A DNA stretch of 63,092 nucleotides, counting the filler, from Aduncisulcus paluster (lineage: Eukaryota), in NCBI GenBank assembly GCA_024181965.1. It is 5 parts of 5 records of this genome, joined end to end, with 100 filler letters (N's around TTAATTAATTAA, not from the genome) between each part and the next. Parts side by side here need not be neighbours in the genome. Positions count along the whole stretch, not along the records: positions 14,983 to 28,478 come from BQXS01011313.1; positions 28,579 to 32,036 come from BQXS01011315.1; positions 32,137 to 63,092 come from BQXS01011316.1; 2 more parts are not named here. The stretch is one strand, 5' to 3'. Position 1 is the stretch's first letter. Each line of letters opens with the position of its first letter. The notes under the pieces were generated by a model that saw only the letters and a list, made by a program, of their open reading frames with translations, ran no database searches and was not told where the DNA came from. The translations under genes and the position numbers were made by a program. This document shows positions 22,455 to 35,401 of the stretch, one piece after another.

Positions 22455-25400
22455 ATGTTTAGCTCTTTGTTACAGGCTAGTTTTGTTGTATATATATCCT
22501 ATGTCATGGATAATGGTTCAAATTCTCTTCCGCGTAATTTTTATGTATTCCTTGGATTTATACTGACAGTTGGCCTTTTAATACTGTATTTATTCTCAAC
22601 TTTCCCCGAGTCTACCACTTCAATTAATTATTTTGAAGATTTGCCCGAGCTCTCTGAACTCACAGGTTCTGGCTGTTATACGCCCTTCCCACTCAAAATC
22701 TGCAATCCTTTTGCTCTTCAAGATGGTTATTGTAATCATTATACCGATCTTCATGTTATTGATTCCAAAGATAGTATTCTTTCTTTTTCTTCTGTTTCTT
22801 GTGGTTCTGTTTATTTCTTTTCCTTTGTTGTCAATTATCAAATCAAATCATTATCCTTCCAGCCAATGTCAAAGTTGAAATTTCTATCAGACCATTGGTC
22901 ATCCCTTTATTTAGCCTTTAAAAGGGACCATTCAAACCTATCGTCTCCACTTAGTCTTCTCCTTGTTTCTGCTCTCTTCATGTCTCTTGTTTTTGTTGGT
23001 CTTGTTCTTATTGTCATTTTTATTTTTTTTATTTTTTCTATTATTTGTTTCCTTGGAAATAGAATGAGATCTATTTCTCCAAGTCTTATATTTTTGGTTG
23101 TTTTGAGTGTTTCCTTGCCCTTTGTTCTGGGTTTCGGTTTTTCTGAAGAATGCGCCATGTATATCTCTGGAGATGATCATTTGGAGTGCAATGAGGTATA
23201 TCCTGGTCGTTATGCGCCCGAGTGTATAGATGGGTATTATTATGACCAAGGAGAGTATTCGTGTGTTGAAGATAACAGCAATTACTGTCCCAATGATATG
23301 AATGATCATCAAATGTGTGTGAAAACGACTGGTGATACCATTTCATCTGACTGTCGATCTGCATGGTATGGAGTTGATTGTGACCAATTGTATTCCGTGC
23401 ATATCCCTGACATTTTATTTAGAGGGAGAATTTGCGCTGCTGCTGGATATACGGTTGATGCTTGTGATGTCACAGTGTTCGAGATGGCCGAGATAAGTGC
23501 ATTTTGGGCTGGGAATATTCATATTAAGACATTAGAGGGTGCTCAACATTTGTTAAATGTTTATTTATTCAATTCAATTAACAGTGATATTACTGGTGGC
23601 AATGTTCTTGCTTCCTTGGGTCAATTGACAAATTTGTATCCTGGCGTTGATACTGGGGGGTATACGATAAATATTTATGATATTAATTCGTTAATAGGTC
23701 TTAACAGGTTACAAAAATTTTATATTTATGGCAATGAAAGGATTTATGATATCTCATTGGCATATAAAAACATTGGAATGTATCAATTTCGTACAAGTGT
23801 TAACTATGGAAATTTTTCAAAGATTCCACTTTGTCATTCTGAAGACAATTCTACATATCAGAGTTTTATTCTATCGATATTTCCGGGATATGATACCTCT
23901 GATATGAATATATTTATGTTGCCAAACAGCTGTCCACTGAATACTACTCAATTTTACTGTAGCTCAATGTCTTTTCCAAGCATATGCCCCTCAATTGTCC
24001 GTAATGAAGTTTACAATAGTCTTGATGGAATTAATGCAAAGGAATGTGCTTCCATTGCAAAAACAAGTGGATCTGTGGCTAACAATGATCTTACTTGTTA
24101 CACTGTTCACGATGATTCGATTCGAGACTATCTTATTACTAATTGTTTAAGTACTGGTGCTCTTGACTCCGGAATCATCAGTGTTGCCACGATGCGAAGT
24201 GTTTTATCATGTCTTGATCCTGATAATAATGAGTCGCTGTCAATACCATCAATTGCTTCAAGCAGGCTCTTATCCTCTGTGAATTCCATCACGACTCTGC
24301 AAGGTCTTGAATATGCCACTTCACTGAAATTTTTGACCCTTGATGGGTATGACTTGAGCGGTAATGTAAATGCCAATGCTGAGTACGATAAGTTGGTTGT
24401 TCAGATTTTGGCAAAGGCTGTTGATTTTGGATCATTTAACTCCGGTCTCACATTTTTATCTGCGAATGACTGTGGTTTGAGTGCCATCAGTGATATTCTT
24501 GATTTAACTCCCATTCATTCTGAAGATATTGCCACCCGACCATTCAAACTGTCATCTCTGTGGCTTTCAAACAACTCCATCTCTGATGTATCAGTATTAA
24601 TTACAGAACCTTTTTTTCCTGAAAATGTTCTTTCATCTCTAGATATTAGTGGGAATAATATTTGTGATATTGATACTGTGACGAGTGCTCTTATTCTCCA
24701 TTTCACGAATTTATCATCTTCCAATATTCTCTCATCTAGTCAATCATCATGTCCATGCACTGACCTCTATCCTCTGTCTTTCTCCAAGCATAGAACTTGT
24801 CGAAAGACTTCTGCTGGAGTGTATCGAGTTGAATGTTGGAATGGGTATTATTGGGATAAGAACTCATCGACATGCATTGAAGCTACATCAGATAATGATA
24901 AACTTCGATGTCAAGTTTGTGAACGTAATGGAACAGTGCCAACAGTTTATATGGATAGCTCTGAGATTTTGTGTGGAATCTGTGGCCTTGGATATCATGG
25001 AGATACATGTGAATACGTTGACATTCCCGATTCCAACCTTCGAAGTGCTTTGTGTCTGGCTGTTACCAATCCAAGTGCTCACGATTCCTCCTGTGATGAT
25101 TTAACTATTGCAGACATGGCTACTGTGACTTCTGTGAGTGCTTCACTTGTGGACTCCTTTGAAGGTCTTCAACATGCTGTGAACCTCACATCTTTATCCA
25201 TCTCTGGCACTTCATCTAGTTCTGTGTCCATTGGGAATACTGATCTTGCTTACCTTCCTTTGTCATTAACTGATTTAACTCTTGAGGCTGTCTATCTTGA
25301 TGCTGATAGTGATTTCACATCATTTACAAATATTACAACACTCTCTTTGAAGAACAATTCTTCGTATGATTTGACTAATTCTGCTCTTTTTCCATCTACA

Positions 25401-28400
25401 TCAACCTTCACATCTCTTGATGTTAGTTACACAGCATTGTCTTCTTTCTCTTCCATTCCAACCTCAATCACGACCTTGACTGCAAACAACTGTTCCTCAC
25501 TGACGAGTTTTTCAACCATCTCCAATCTCACGAATCTTGTCTCTCTTGATGTGAGTTATGCCTCAAATGTATCAGACTTTTCTTCTTTGCTATCTAATAT
25601 TCCACTATCAACATCTATTCTCTATGCCAATGGATGCAATGTTGCTGCCAATACTGATTTTTCAACATTTACAGCTCTCACGACACTCTCTTTGAATGGC
25701 AACACAGATTATGATATCACCGAGTCTGGCCTTTTCCCTTCAACAACAACTTTCACTTCTTTCAGTGCCAACAACACTTCAATCTCTCTGTTGTTCCATC
25801 TTGTTGCTAGCATGCCCAATCTGACTGAACTATCTCTGAACAACAATAACATCTCTGATCCTTCCCCATTGTATGCATTATCCAGTAGCTCTTTATGGGA
25901 CAGTATCGATCTATCTAACAATGCTATCTGTGAGGATGGAATCGATGATGCTCTGAACGTTCTTAACAATATATTTACTTCTTCCCCTGATATTGTTATC
26001 AGTGTTGGTACTCAAGACTGTCACTGTTCGACAGATAATCCAAGTTTATCTGATAACAAGGTGTGTGATGAGACCAAGCCTGGGTCTGGTGTATGGTATG
26101 TTGTGTGTGCCAGTAATTCATACACGTCATATACATCTGCTGAGGACTTTACATGCATTTCTCCAGGTAATGTTGATGGTACATATGGATGTTCTGGAGG
26201 GTGTGAGTATGGGCAAGAGTGCAGATATGACTCAACCTCAACTTCAACATCGTGTCAGCAAGTAATAGTCGATGAGAACTTACATGATTGTGTTGCTGAC
26301 ATGTTTGGAGCTAATGATTACTTACATCGAACAGAAGATGTTCCTTCCCTTTTCAGCGTCGCATCCTTGAAAACTCTTGTAACTACTGAACTGTCCGATG
26401 GGACCTTTGTAAGAGGACATATGTATTACAATCATTCTTCCAATTTCATCACTAGTCTCTCCGGAATTGAACATCTGGCTTTTGTTACATATATTTTTAT
26501 TCGATATTTCGACATTTTAAATGATAACCATGTCAATCTCTTGTCAACCCTTACCAACCTCAAATATCTTTATTTATACTCCCATGGTTATGGTTCATCC
26601 TCCTTTTCTTTGCCAGATTTCCCAAATATTTCTGGTCTTGAGACTTTATATCTCAATAATTCAATCATAACTTTTCCTTCAGATGAGTATGTTCTTCCCT
26701 CCTCCCTCAAAANNNNNNNNNNNNNNNNNNNNTCCGGAATTGAACATCTGGCTTTTGTTACATATATTTTTATTCGATATTTCGACATTTTAAATGATAA
26801 CCATGTCAATCTCTTGTCAACCCTTACCAACCTCAAATATCTTTATTTATACTCCCATGGTTATGGTTCATCCTCCTTTTCTTTGCCAGATTTCACAAAT
26901 ATTTCTGGTCTTGAGACTTTATATCTCAATAATTCAATCATAACTTTTCCTTCAGATGAGTATGTTCTTCCCTCCTCCCTCAAAAGGTTATTGATTGCAA
27001 ATTGTAATATCTCTCAGGCTGGGTTTGAAAAGAATGTTGGCAGTGAGAATCTTTCTAATCTTGAAGAGTTGTATATGCGAGACACTTCCTTGTCTCTCCC
27101 TTCAGGTGAGAATATTCTTGCCTCTACGATTACTATTTTAGATATCTATGCAACTTTAATCGACCAGGATGGGTTTGATGGGAATATTGGAAATAATCAC
27201 CTGCCATATCTTGAATTATTATACTTTGGAGGAGAATATAATACAGTTACTTCAATTGAATCTTTATCCGTGGATCAATTAGCATCCATTAGCAGCTTTT
27301 ATTTTAGTAACTATCCAATTTATGATGGATTTAATGAAGTTATTTCAGAAATGACTAATTTGAATTTGATGTATTTAAATAGTTGTAATCTCCTGAATAT
27401 TCCTGATTTGTCAAAGAGTGCATCTACTTTGACGGAAATCGTCATTTATTACAACCCTGATATTACATCATTGGCTCCATTGGCTGAAATGGGATTATAT
27501 TCATTAATTACTCTCAACTTTGGAGGGTGTTCAATTTCTGATCTTTCTCCTTTGTATGATTTCCCTGAGATTAATGGTGTTAATTTTTCTAGTAATAATA
27601 TCTGTTTTGGAAATGAGGGAAGTTCTGAACTTCAGAACAAGTTTTCACAATCATCTAACATTAACCCCATTTTAGGATCACAAACATGTGAATGTTCCTC
27701 TGATGACCTCGGACCAACTCCGATCATTGACAATATTGTCTGTAGTGAGACCAAGCCTGGGTCTGGTGCATGGTATGTTGTGTGTGCCAGTAATTCATAC
27801 ACGTCATACACATCTGCTGAGGACTTTACATGCATTTCTCCAGGTAATGTTGATGGTACATATGGATGTTCTGGAGGGTGTGAGTATGGGCAAGAGTGCA
27901 GATATGACTCAGATTTAAATTCAACATCGTGTCAGCAAGTAATAGTTGATGAGAACTTACATGATTGTGTTGCAAATATGTTCGGAACAGATTCCAATGG
28001 AGATCCTATTTATACCCACAGAACAGATTCCACTCCTTCTCTATTCAGCGTGGCTTCTCTCCATACCCTTGAATCTATGTTGGACTCTGAAACTGGTGAG
28101 TCCTCTCCTTTCATCACATGCTCTGATAGCTCAGTATCTGATGTGTCTGGTGTTGAACATCTTGGCAAGATTACAGAGTTTTCATTGGATAACAACCTTC
28201 TCTCCGATGTATCCAATCTTTCCCTTCTCTCCACATTATCTAGTCTTACGGCATTGTATTTGTCTGAAAACGCTTCGTTATCAACTCTTCCGGATCTTTC
28301 CAGTGTTTCTCTTGTTTCTCTTGGGATTAACGGAACATCTATTGCATTATCCGATACATCCGACTCCACTTTGTTAATCCCCGACTCTTTGGTCCAACTG

Positions 28401-28478
28401 CGTATGTACGACACTCCTACTGTCCAAGCAGGGTTTGACACTCAGGTCGGTTCGAGTCACCTTAGTGGTTTGAAGATG
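22455..28478 (+). CDS. Large secreted/surface LRR (internalin-like) and Cys-rich modular protein; likely start 23064; 3' truncated
   Basis: Many LxxLxLxxNxIxDxSPL repeats, IPDSNLRSALC caps and EGF-like Cys modules. Signal-peptide-like MRSISPSLIFLVVLSVSLPFVLG at 23064. Confidence 0.85.
26460..26985 (+). repeat. Duplicated flanks around the 20-N gap 26713-26732 (unmerged overlap)
   Basis: 26460-26712 is repeated at 26733-26985 with one visible SNP (CCA vs ACA). Confidence 0.9.
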
Positions 28479-28578
28479 NNNNNNNNNNNNNNNNNNNNNN
28501 NNNNNNNNNNNNNNNNNNNNNNTTAATTAATTAANNNNNNNNNNNNNNNNNNNNNNNNNNNNNNNNNNNNNNNNNNNN
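28479..28578. other. Artificial contig linker
   Basis: N44-TTAATTAATTAA-N44. Confidence 0.97.
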
Positions 28579-28921
28579 CAGCACCACGAGATTTACGATA
28601 GTAACTTCTAACGATAGCTCTGAACTTCTCTTGGCCTCCTGAATCATAAAATGTAATGGTAACATCCTTGCCATCCATTTTTTCTTTCCTTATGTACGTT
28701 TCCACACCAGCAGTTGATCCGAAAGTGCTGAAAAACCTGTCGGATTGATATCTTTCTAGAACACATGTTTTTCCAACTCCTGAATTTCCCAAGAAAATGA
28801 CGCGTATTCCCAGTTTTTCAATATCATAGACGGGTTTGTGAGAAGATTTAGCCTTACATTCTGTAACGACTTCTTCTTCATGTTGGATCATGTTTTCTGT
28901 CTTACTCATTCCTCCCCCCAT
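28579..28921 (-). CDS. Rab-family GTPase, N-terminal half
   Basis: GNSGVGKT P-loop, switch I STAGVET, DSGGQEKFRAIVRSYYR (RabF motifs). Truncated by the linker. Confidence 0.88.
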
Positions 28922-29448
28922 TTTTTACAACTATAGTTACTATACAGGTTTGCTTATGAACAAGGAAAAACGACCACCATGCGCTATCTGCTCACTTTTC
29001 CAATGTGTATAAGTATGATAAATGTGAAATGTGTTTAAAAATAATGGTAATTGTAAATAATGATTTTATATTTGTGTTTGGGTTCATCCTTGTGATTAGA
29101 TTTTTCAAACACCTCTTTTGGATGGGAAAGAGGGAAATAGGATTTAATGAAAGTCTTTGAAACGTTATTATTTTTAGTATAAGGCATGTTGGCACATAGT
29201 TAATGGCTGTATCGTGGATAGATCCTCTAGAATGAAAATTCGAAATGGTATTGGTTTAATCATCCATAATTTACTCCATTGAGCTTAAAAATATACGATT
29301 TGTGCTGTTATTAAATGTGTATATCCGAAAAAGCTTGATATTTATGAAAATCCAATTTCTGACAAAATTTGTTAACTTGAAGTTCTCCAGATAAAAATAC
29401 ACTCATATACAAAATAATTTACTGAATTAAGGCTGAATAGTGAACATA

Positions 29449-32036
29449 TTACTTATCTTTCAGCGGAATATCCTTCCTTTTTATGGCCCTTGGGCAGGAA
29501 ATAGTTCCATACCATTCATAGAATTTCTCCCAAGCACCACAATTCACGCACATATAATCCTTTCCTTCCTCTAAATCTGATCTTAATGTGCCATTGTGTG
29601 TGAATAATGCATCATTTGAGAGAGGGGGTGGAAGTGAAGCTTGTGGATACTGAACAAAGGCAAACCATTTGTTTAACCAAGCCTTACTCATCACAAAAGA
29701 ATCTCCATCAACAATCTTGGCCTCATCGGGACTGCTCTGACCATCTTCAGTACCTTCATAACCAGGTTTTAGACTCGTATAATCAGAAAATTGTTCACAG
29801 ATAGCACCCATAACCCCCAATTCAAGCCGTTTACGGTGGTTTCGAGCATGATATTCACACATATTAATATCGTCCTCACTTTCAAGTCCTCCAGATCTGC
29901 TGTGTCGTCTTTTGCGGCCAACATCGAGTGTATGCGTCTTGTACTCTTCTCCATGACTCACCATCGAGTCACGTGAAATGGATGATTTCTTCGTCACAAT
30001 TTTGGATGAGCCAATATGAACACTTTCTCCAACGCATCCATACACACAACACAAAACATACAAAAGCCTGCCCGTGACAACAAAGGCTGCTGGCATCTCT
30101 GAAGAAATAAAACGAGATCGATTCATTGAAGAGGAAGAAGAAGAGGACGTAGAGGCTTGAGAAGTTGAAAGCTGATGAACAACTGAAGAAGGGGTAGCAG
30201 GAACAGTATCATGCCCCTCGGATTCGAGAGATGTTTGCGCCTTTCTTGTTGATCCATGCTGGTGGAAGGAAGGAGATAGGAGATAACGAATGTTAAGAGG
30301 AGGAACACTAGGATTATAATGGATACAACGGAGCGAATGGAAAGAGATTGGTGGTGGGAATGATGTTGTGTTAAGGAAATATACCCATGAAGACGGAAGA
30401 AGGAATAAAGAAGACAAATAAGCGGGCGGAAGGGGAAGATATATAACCTGTTTGGTACCTGCAGATGCGGCATATTGCATACGTCTTGCCTTCTCTCTCG
30501 AGCTACTTTTACCTCGTTTCGTAGTGCCCCAAACCCCTATCATCGGACACGATTGTCCATTGGAATCGAGAGCTTCATTGTGCAAGAACAAGGAAGAAGG
30601 TGGAAAAGATGGCGGTAAGTGACCAGCTTTAATGCAAACATGGAAGAATTGTTTCAAATTCCTCTGTACATCTGTCTGCATCTTCATATATGCAACCATA
30701 TAAGCATTTTGTCTCTTAACCTCAGTACTGTCCACATGAACGACATTTCCTTGCTGTTCTGGCTGTGGATACACAACAGGAGAGCTTTGGATATCCTTCG
30801 AATCCTTGCTCTTGGCAGAAGTATTCGATGAATAACTGCCCATGGAAGGTCTCCCACCACATCGTTTCCACACATCCCTTGAAGTCACTCTGCTTCCTAT
30901 CTTCTGTGTCTTTGAGGAACGAACATAGGCCGAAAACTGGTATGGGTATTTGGAATGTGTAGATAGAATTGAAGAAGATGAAGAGGAAGAAGAAGAAGAA
31001 GAGGAAGAGGAAGAGGAAGAGGAAGAGGAAGAGGAAGAAGAAATTGTCGTTGAGGATGAGCCTGAGGGGGGGGGAATGGCATTATTATTAGGTTCTTCCG
31101 AAGGCGTGTATCCATGGTGTAAAGATGATGAAATAGGGACTTCTTCCTTCAGATCATCAACATTCACAATCAATTCACTATGATCACTCCCTTGGAGTCT
31201 TTTAACGCTTGAAACAACACTCGACGGTGCACTTCCCGACTCTGAACCGAGGAACTCTACGCCTGGGCCATCTTTGTGACTGAGTGTCTTCGGGGTATTC
31301 TCAGAAACACTGATAATACCAACACATTCATACTGGAAGGAGTGTTGAAGGTGTTCTCTGAGGAGGTTTGAGGTGGGAGAGTATGGATTCTCAACAATTT
31401 CTTGAAGAATCTTACGAATACCGTCTTCTCCTTTTGTTGCCAATGTCATCTTGACACGGCCTGATTTCTCTCTGACAGACATCAGTGGAGCCACATTTGA
31501 TATCGTAGGGACGTCTACAAGGGGAGAATGGGGAGAAATTGGTGCGTTGACAAAATATTTCATAGGTTTTCCTTTGATTTCCTTCTTTCTCTGGATGTGA
31601 ACCATGAATATCTCTGGAAGAGTTTTAAAGCAGTATGAACACATGACATTCTTTCCGCATTTGGAACACCCTTTGAAACCCTTATCTGAGGATAAATGCT
31701 GCCGAATTAGAGTGATAACAGGCATAAGAGAGGAGGATGACTTTCCACTGGACCTAGACTCCTTAAATATCAAGGGAATGGTATATACGAGGGTGTCATT
31801 GATGGTATTTCCTTGGTAATCACACACAGTGCAGATCTTATCCATACCAGTCACACCACGAAAGAGATCAACTATTGAACATGTCAAAAACGAACGAAGG
31901 GATGGAGGTTTCATTGGAGGGATTTGTAATTGAGGGGTTTGAATGGGAGTAGACATTGATTTGTGAGAAACAGACGATTTGGAAGAAAATTGATCACCAC
32001 TCCCTGAGACACGTTCTTTGCGGATTCTAAAACTTC
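29449..32036 (-). CDS. USP-family deubiquitinase-like protein, C-terminal part with DUSP domain(s) (USP20/33-like architecture); 5' truncated
   Basis: C..C, C..C, LPEIFMVHIQR, YECVGII, SAYVR, NAYMVAY, followed by DUSP SKAWLNKW...PPPLSNDAL...GKDY...AWEKFYEWYG. Confidence 0.75.
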
Positions 32037-32136
32037 NNNNNNNNNNNNNNNNNNNNNNNNNNNNNNNNNNNNNNNNNNNNTTAATTAATTAANNNNNNNN
32101 NNNNNNNNNNNNNNNNNNNNNNNNNNNNNNNNNNNN
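32037..32136. other. Artificial contig linker
   Basis: N44-TTAATTAATTAA-N44. Confidence 0.97.
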
Positions 32137-32137
32137 G

Positions 32138-34420
32138 AAAGAGAGAGAAGATAAATTAAATACCTTAGAAAAACAACGTGAAGATGCCCAAGAATCTGAT
32201 CGCCAAAAAGAGGATAGCTTCAACTCCAAGCTTGCTGAAGACAATAAGAAGTGGGAATCTCTCCTTGAAAAGGTCAAATCTGCTGAGGAAACAGAGAACA
32301 AGAAAGTATCTGCACAAAAAAAGAAGTTTGAGGCAGAAAGAGCTGCCGAAGCTGAAGCCGATAAGAAAAGGCTTGAAGAAGAAGAGAACGCTCGACTTGC
32401 TCGCCTTAAGGCAAACGCAGACAAAGCAAAACAACGTCAAGAAGAAGCTGAAGCCTTTAGAAAAGAGCTTGAGAATATCAAGAAAACAAGGGAACAAAAT
32501 CGAGAAGAGAAGAAGAAGAAAGAAGAAGAGGAAGACAAAAAGCTTGAAGGCGAACTTTCTCGCTTAATTGCCGAACTTGAAGTTGAAATTCACGTAAAAG
32601 AAGAAGAGCTCTCAAAGAAACTCTCGGATAATGAAGAAAAGCGAAAGCTATTTGAGCAACTTAAGGCTGAGTTTGAGCGTGTTGAAAAAATTGCCGAAGA
32701 AGCTGAACAATCCTCCCTTAAGGTTAGTCGTGCAGCTGATGCCATCACTAAGCAATTGGGAGACAAAGCTGATGAGCTTGAGGCCAACAGAAAGATCAGC
32801 AAGTCCACTAAAGAAGACCAAGAGAACGTTGAAGACCGTTTGGATAAGGTTGAGCGTAAAGTAGTCATGTTACGTGGGAAACAGGCAGACGACGATAGAA
32901 TTGAGAAGTGTAAGACTCAGATTTCTGAGCTCAGTTCTGAATATGCCACTCTCAAGGAACGAATTGATGCTTTTCTTGCTATTGTCAATACAAAACGAGA
33001 AGAGGTTGCTGCTCTCAGAGCTGAGAAGAATTCCCTGTATGAAAAGGCCCTCAAGTTGAAGGATGACACTGCGAGAATGGGTGAAATCAAGGAGGAGAAG
33101 AAGAAAATGGAGGAAGAAGTACGCCATCTTGAAAGAAAGCTTGAGAGGAGCAAGGCCAAAGTTCAATTAGCTCACCAAGCCCTTGAAAAGGAAAGATTAG
33201 CTCGTAAAAGGTTCCACAATCAATTATTCGAGATGCGTGGACATCCCAAGATTGTCTATGCCTGTAATATTCCCAATAACGATGTAGCTGCTTGTCCAGA
33301 CATGTGTACTGTCGTCGTAGCTGGAGGAGAGAGAGAATGTGTGCTTGATGGCGTTGTTGATTTCGAGCATGTCAAGCGTGAGGAGCTTGTAAAGGCCAAT
33401 GGAGACGCCAGTGAAGAACCACGTGCACTTGGTGATGCTTATTCAGCCATTCCCACTGACGGAAAGACACTGTCACTCGCAGCCAAGTGTAAATCAGCTG
33501 CTTACAACGCTCTCACTGGTTTTACAAGCACAATCGCTCTGTGGTCCATGCCAGGGAGTGAAAAGATATCCGAATCTCTCTTCTTCTCTCCTTCAACAGA
33601 CGATGGACTGATACCTTCTTTGTTAACTATTTTGTTCAAGAAAATGGCTTCTCTGAAAGTTTGTAAGTTCAGGGTCGTTGGTTGTGCTCTGATTGAAGAC
33701 GAGACGGATAACACTTTTTCTTGTGCAATCACAGGGAACAAATGTGGTGTATATAAAGACGTAAACTCAGTACAGCAGGTGTCTGGTGCCAAAATTATGA
33801 ATATCGAAGGTCCAGATAGCGTTAAAGAGTTATTGGGACCAGTGCAAGCTAAATATAGATCTTCCAAAGGTCAGTGTGGAGCAGTTGTATACCTTCAAAT
33901 TCTCAACGAGCACGTAAAAGAACGTAAATTATACACTGGTGGTATCACTTTTGCTTATCTTCCTTCTCCTGCTACTTCAAGGGGACAACTTATTGAGAAA
34001 TCTTTGGTTACAATCGCCAAGAAATCCAATGAACTGACCAACGATGGCAAACGTGAACTTAACGCTGCTCTTTCGACTCATCCTGATCTCTCTCCTCTAT
34101 ACACAGCCTCTGGTCTTCTGCGCCTGTTGAAGGGAGCCTTTGGAGGCAATGATAAGCCCTGTTTCGTTATTGTTGGCAGCAAGACGGATGACATTGAAGG
34201 TGGAAAGAAGGCTATTCGAAAAGATATGGAAATTGTTGATAACCTTCGATCTGTCGTTTGTAAAACTGTCCAAAACGTTGATACCAAAAAGACTATTATT
34301 TTAAAGAGAAAAATTGGGAAAGTTTTGTCTGCTATCTCCTTGAAGGATCCTGAAGGGGAGTTGGGACCCCTTGAATCTTCCTCTTCCTCTCCTTCTTCGG
34401 AAGATGAAGATGAGAAATAA
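32138..34420 (+). CDS. Coiled-coil stalk plus a degenerate C-terminal kinesin-14 (KCBP-like) motor domain; 5' truncated
   Basis: Frame is open from the linker. Neck ERLARKRFHNQLFEMRGHPKI and loop-12/helix-5 region LYTASGLLRLLKGAFGGNDKP are recognisable. Confidence 0.75.
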   Translation, partial: KEREDKLNTLEKQREDAQESDRQKEDSFNSKLAEDNKKWESLLEKVKSAEETENKKVSAQKKKFEAERAAEAEADKKRLEEEENARLARLKANADKAKQRQEEAEAFRKELENIKKTREQNREEKKKKEEEEDKKLEGELSRLIAELEVEIHVKEEELSKKLSDNEEKRKLFEQLKAEFERVEKIAEEAEQSSLKVSRAADAITKQLGDKADELEANRKISKSTKEDQENVEDRLDKVERKVVMLRGKQADDDRIEKCKTQISELSSEYATLKERIDAFLAIVNTKREEVAALRAEKNSLYEKALKLKDDTARMGEIKEEKKKMEEEVRHLERKLERSKAKVQLAHQALEKERLARKRFHNQLFEMRGHPKIVYACNIPNNDVAACPDMCTVVVAGGERECVLDGVVDFEHVKREELVKANGDASEEPRALGDAYSAIPTDGKTLSLAAKCKSAAYNALTGFTSTIALWSMPGSEKISESLFFSPSTDDGLIPSLLTILFKKMASLKVCKFRVVGCALIEDETDNTFSCAITGNKCGVYKDVNSVQQVSGAKIMNIEGPDSVKELLGPVQAKYRSSKGQCGAVVYLQILNEHVKERKLYTGGITFAYLPSPATSRGQLIEKSLVTIAKKSNELTNDGKRELNAALSTHPDLSPLYTASGLLRLLKGAFGGNDKPCFVIVGSKTDDIEGGKKAIRKDMEIVDNLRSVVCKTVQNVDTKKTIILKRKIGKVLSAISLKDPEGELGPLESSSSSPSSEDEDEK

Positions 34421-35401
34421 GTTGTATCCAAAATTAGATCAATCTAGAATTAATTTCAATCTAAAGAAATATATTAATATATATATATCGTCGATCTGCC
34501 CGTTTTCATTCACAAACAACTGTAATTTATCATGAAAACTTTCATTCTTTCGTTGCTTTCTATTTTCATTTTCATTTTTATAGGTCACATGTCCAACATG
34601 TTTTCTACAAGTCGTAGATTTTCTTTTTTATATAATATAAGACATGTTTTTCCCTTTTAAACTTTTATTTTAGATTAATGTTCTTAAATTCTGGCTTTCT
34701 TTTATTGCGTATGTGTTCGTTTATAGCGGTTTTTTGTGGGATGAATTTTTTTTGCGACTATGTCGCACTGCGACTTTTTCAATATTCTAAAAACGTTAAA
34801 ATTAATATCCTATGATACCCTTATTCATTTATTATTTTTTTATTTTTATCTGATTGCTTAATAGCAAACTTGATGAATCCAAAAATCTTACACGCGGGAA
34901 TGTGTATATTTACAATAGATCCATATCATGAGAAGATATCTCTCAGTAAATCTTCAGTTTTATCGCCAATTCCAAAAATAAATAGTGTCTGGGGAGTGAT
35001 TTTGGTTGGAGGCGAAGATACGCAACTCTAAGAGAACTCTAAAAACCATTCTCTCTTACTTCCATGGTCATAGAACCATTTCATATGATCATAAAGAGCA
35101 CATATCATTGGATTTTGGGCAAATTTCTTGATATAATGGAATAATCCAATTCTTAGCATATTATTATGCATCAATTCAAGAATTTCTACTCAATGAAGTC
35201 AAAAATTTCATCACAGGACGTCTGGATTGGCTATCCAAAAAAAAAAAAAAATTTCCATGGCTGTATTGAGCCAATAAATTAATTTCTTAACACATTAAAT
35301 TATTGAAATGTAAATAGTCGCCATTATATAATATTTATTTATAAAATTTCTTTCAAATTTCAACGACTTGCAGAAAATTTTTACAAATTTTGTCACAATT
35401 T

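Noticed and set aside
34753-34774. TGCGAC-TAT-GTCGCA-C-TGCGAC mini inverted repeat in a 1-kb intergenic region
   Set aside because: Too short to support a function. No convincing gene or RNA could be built in 34430-35400.
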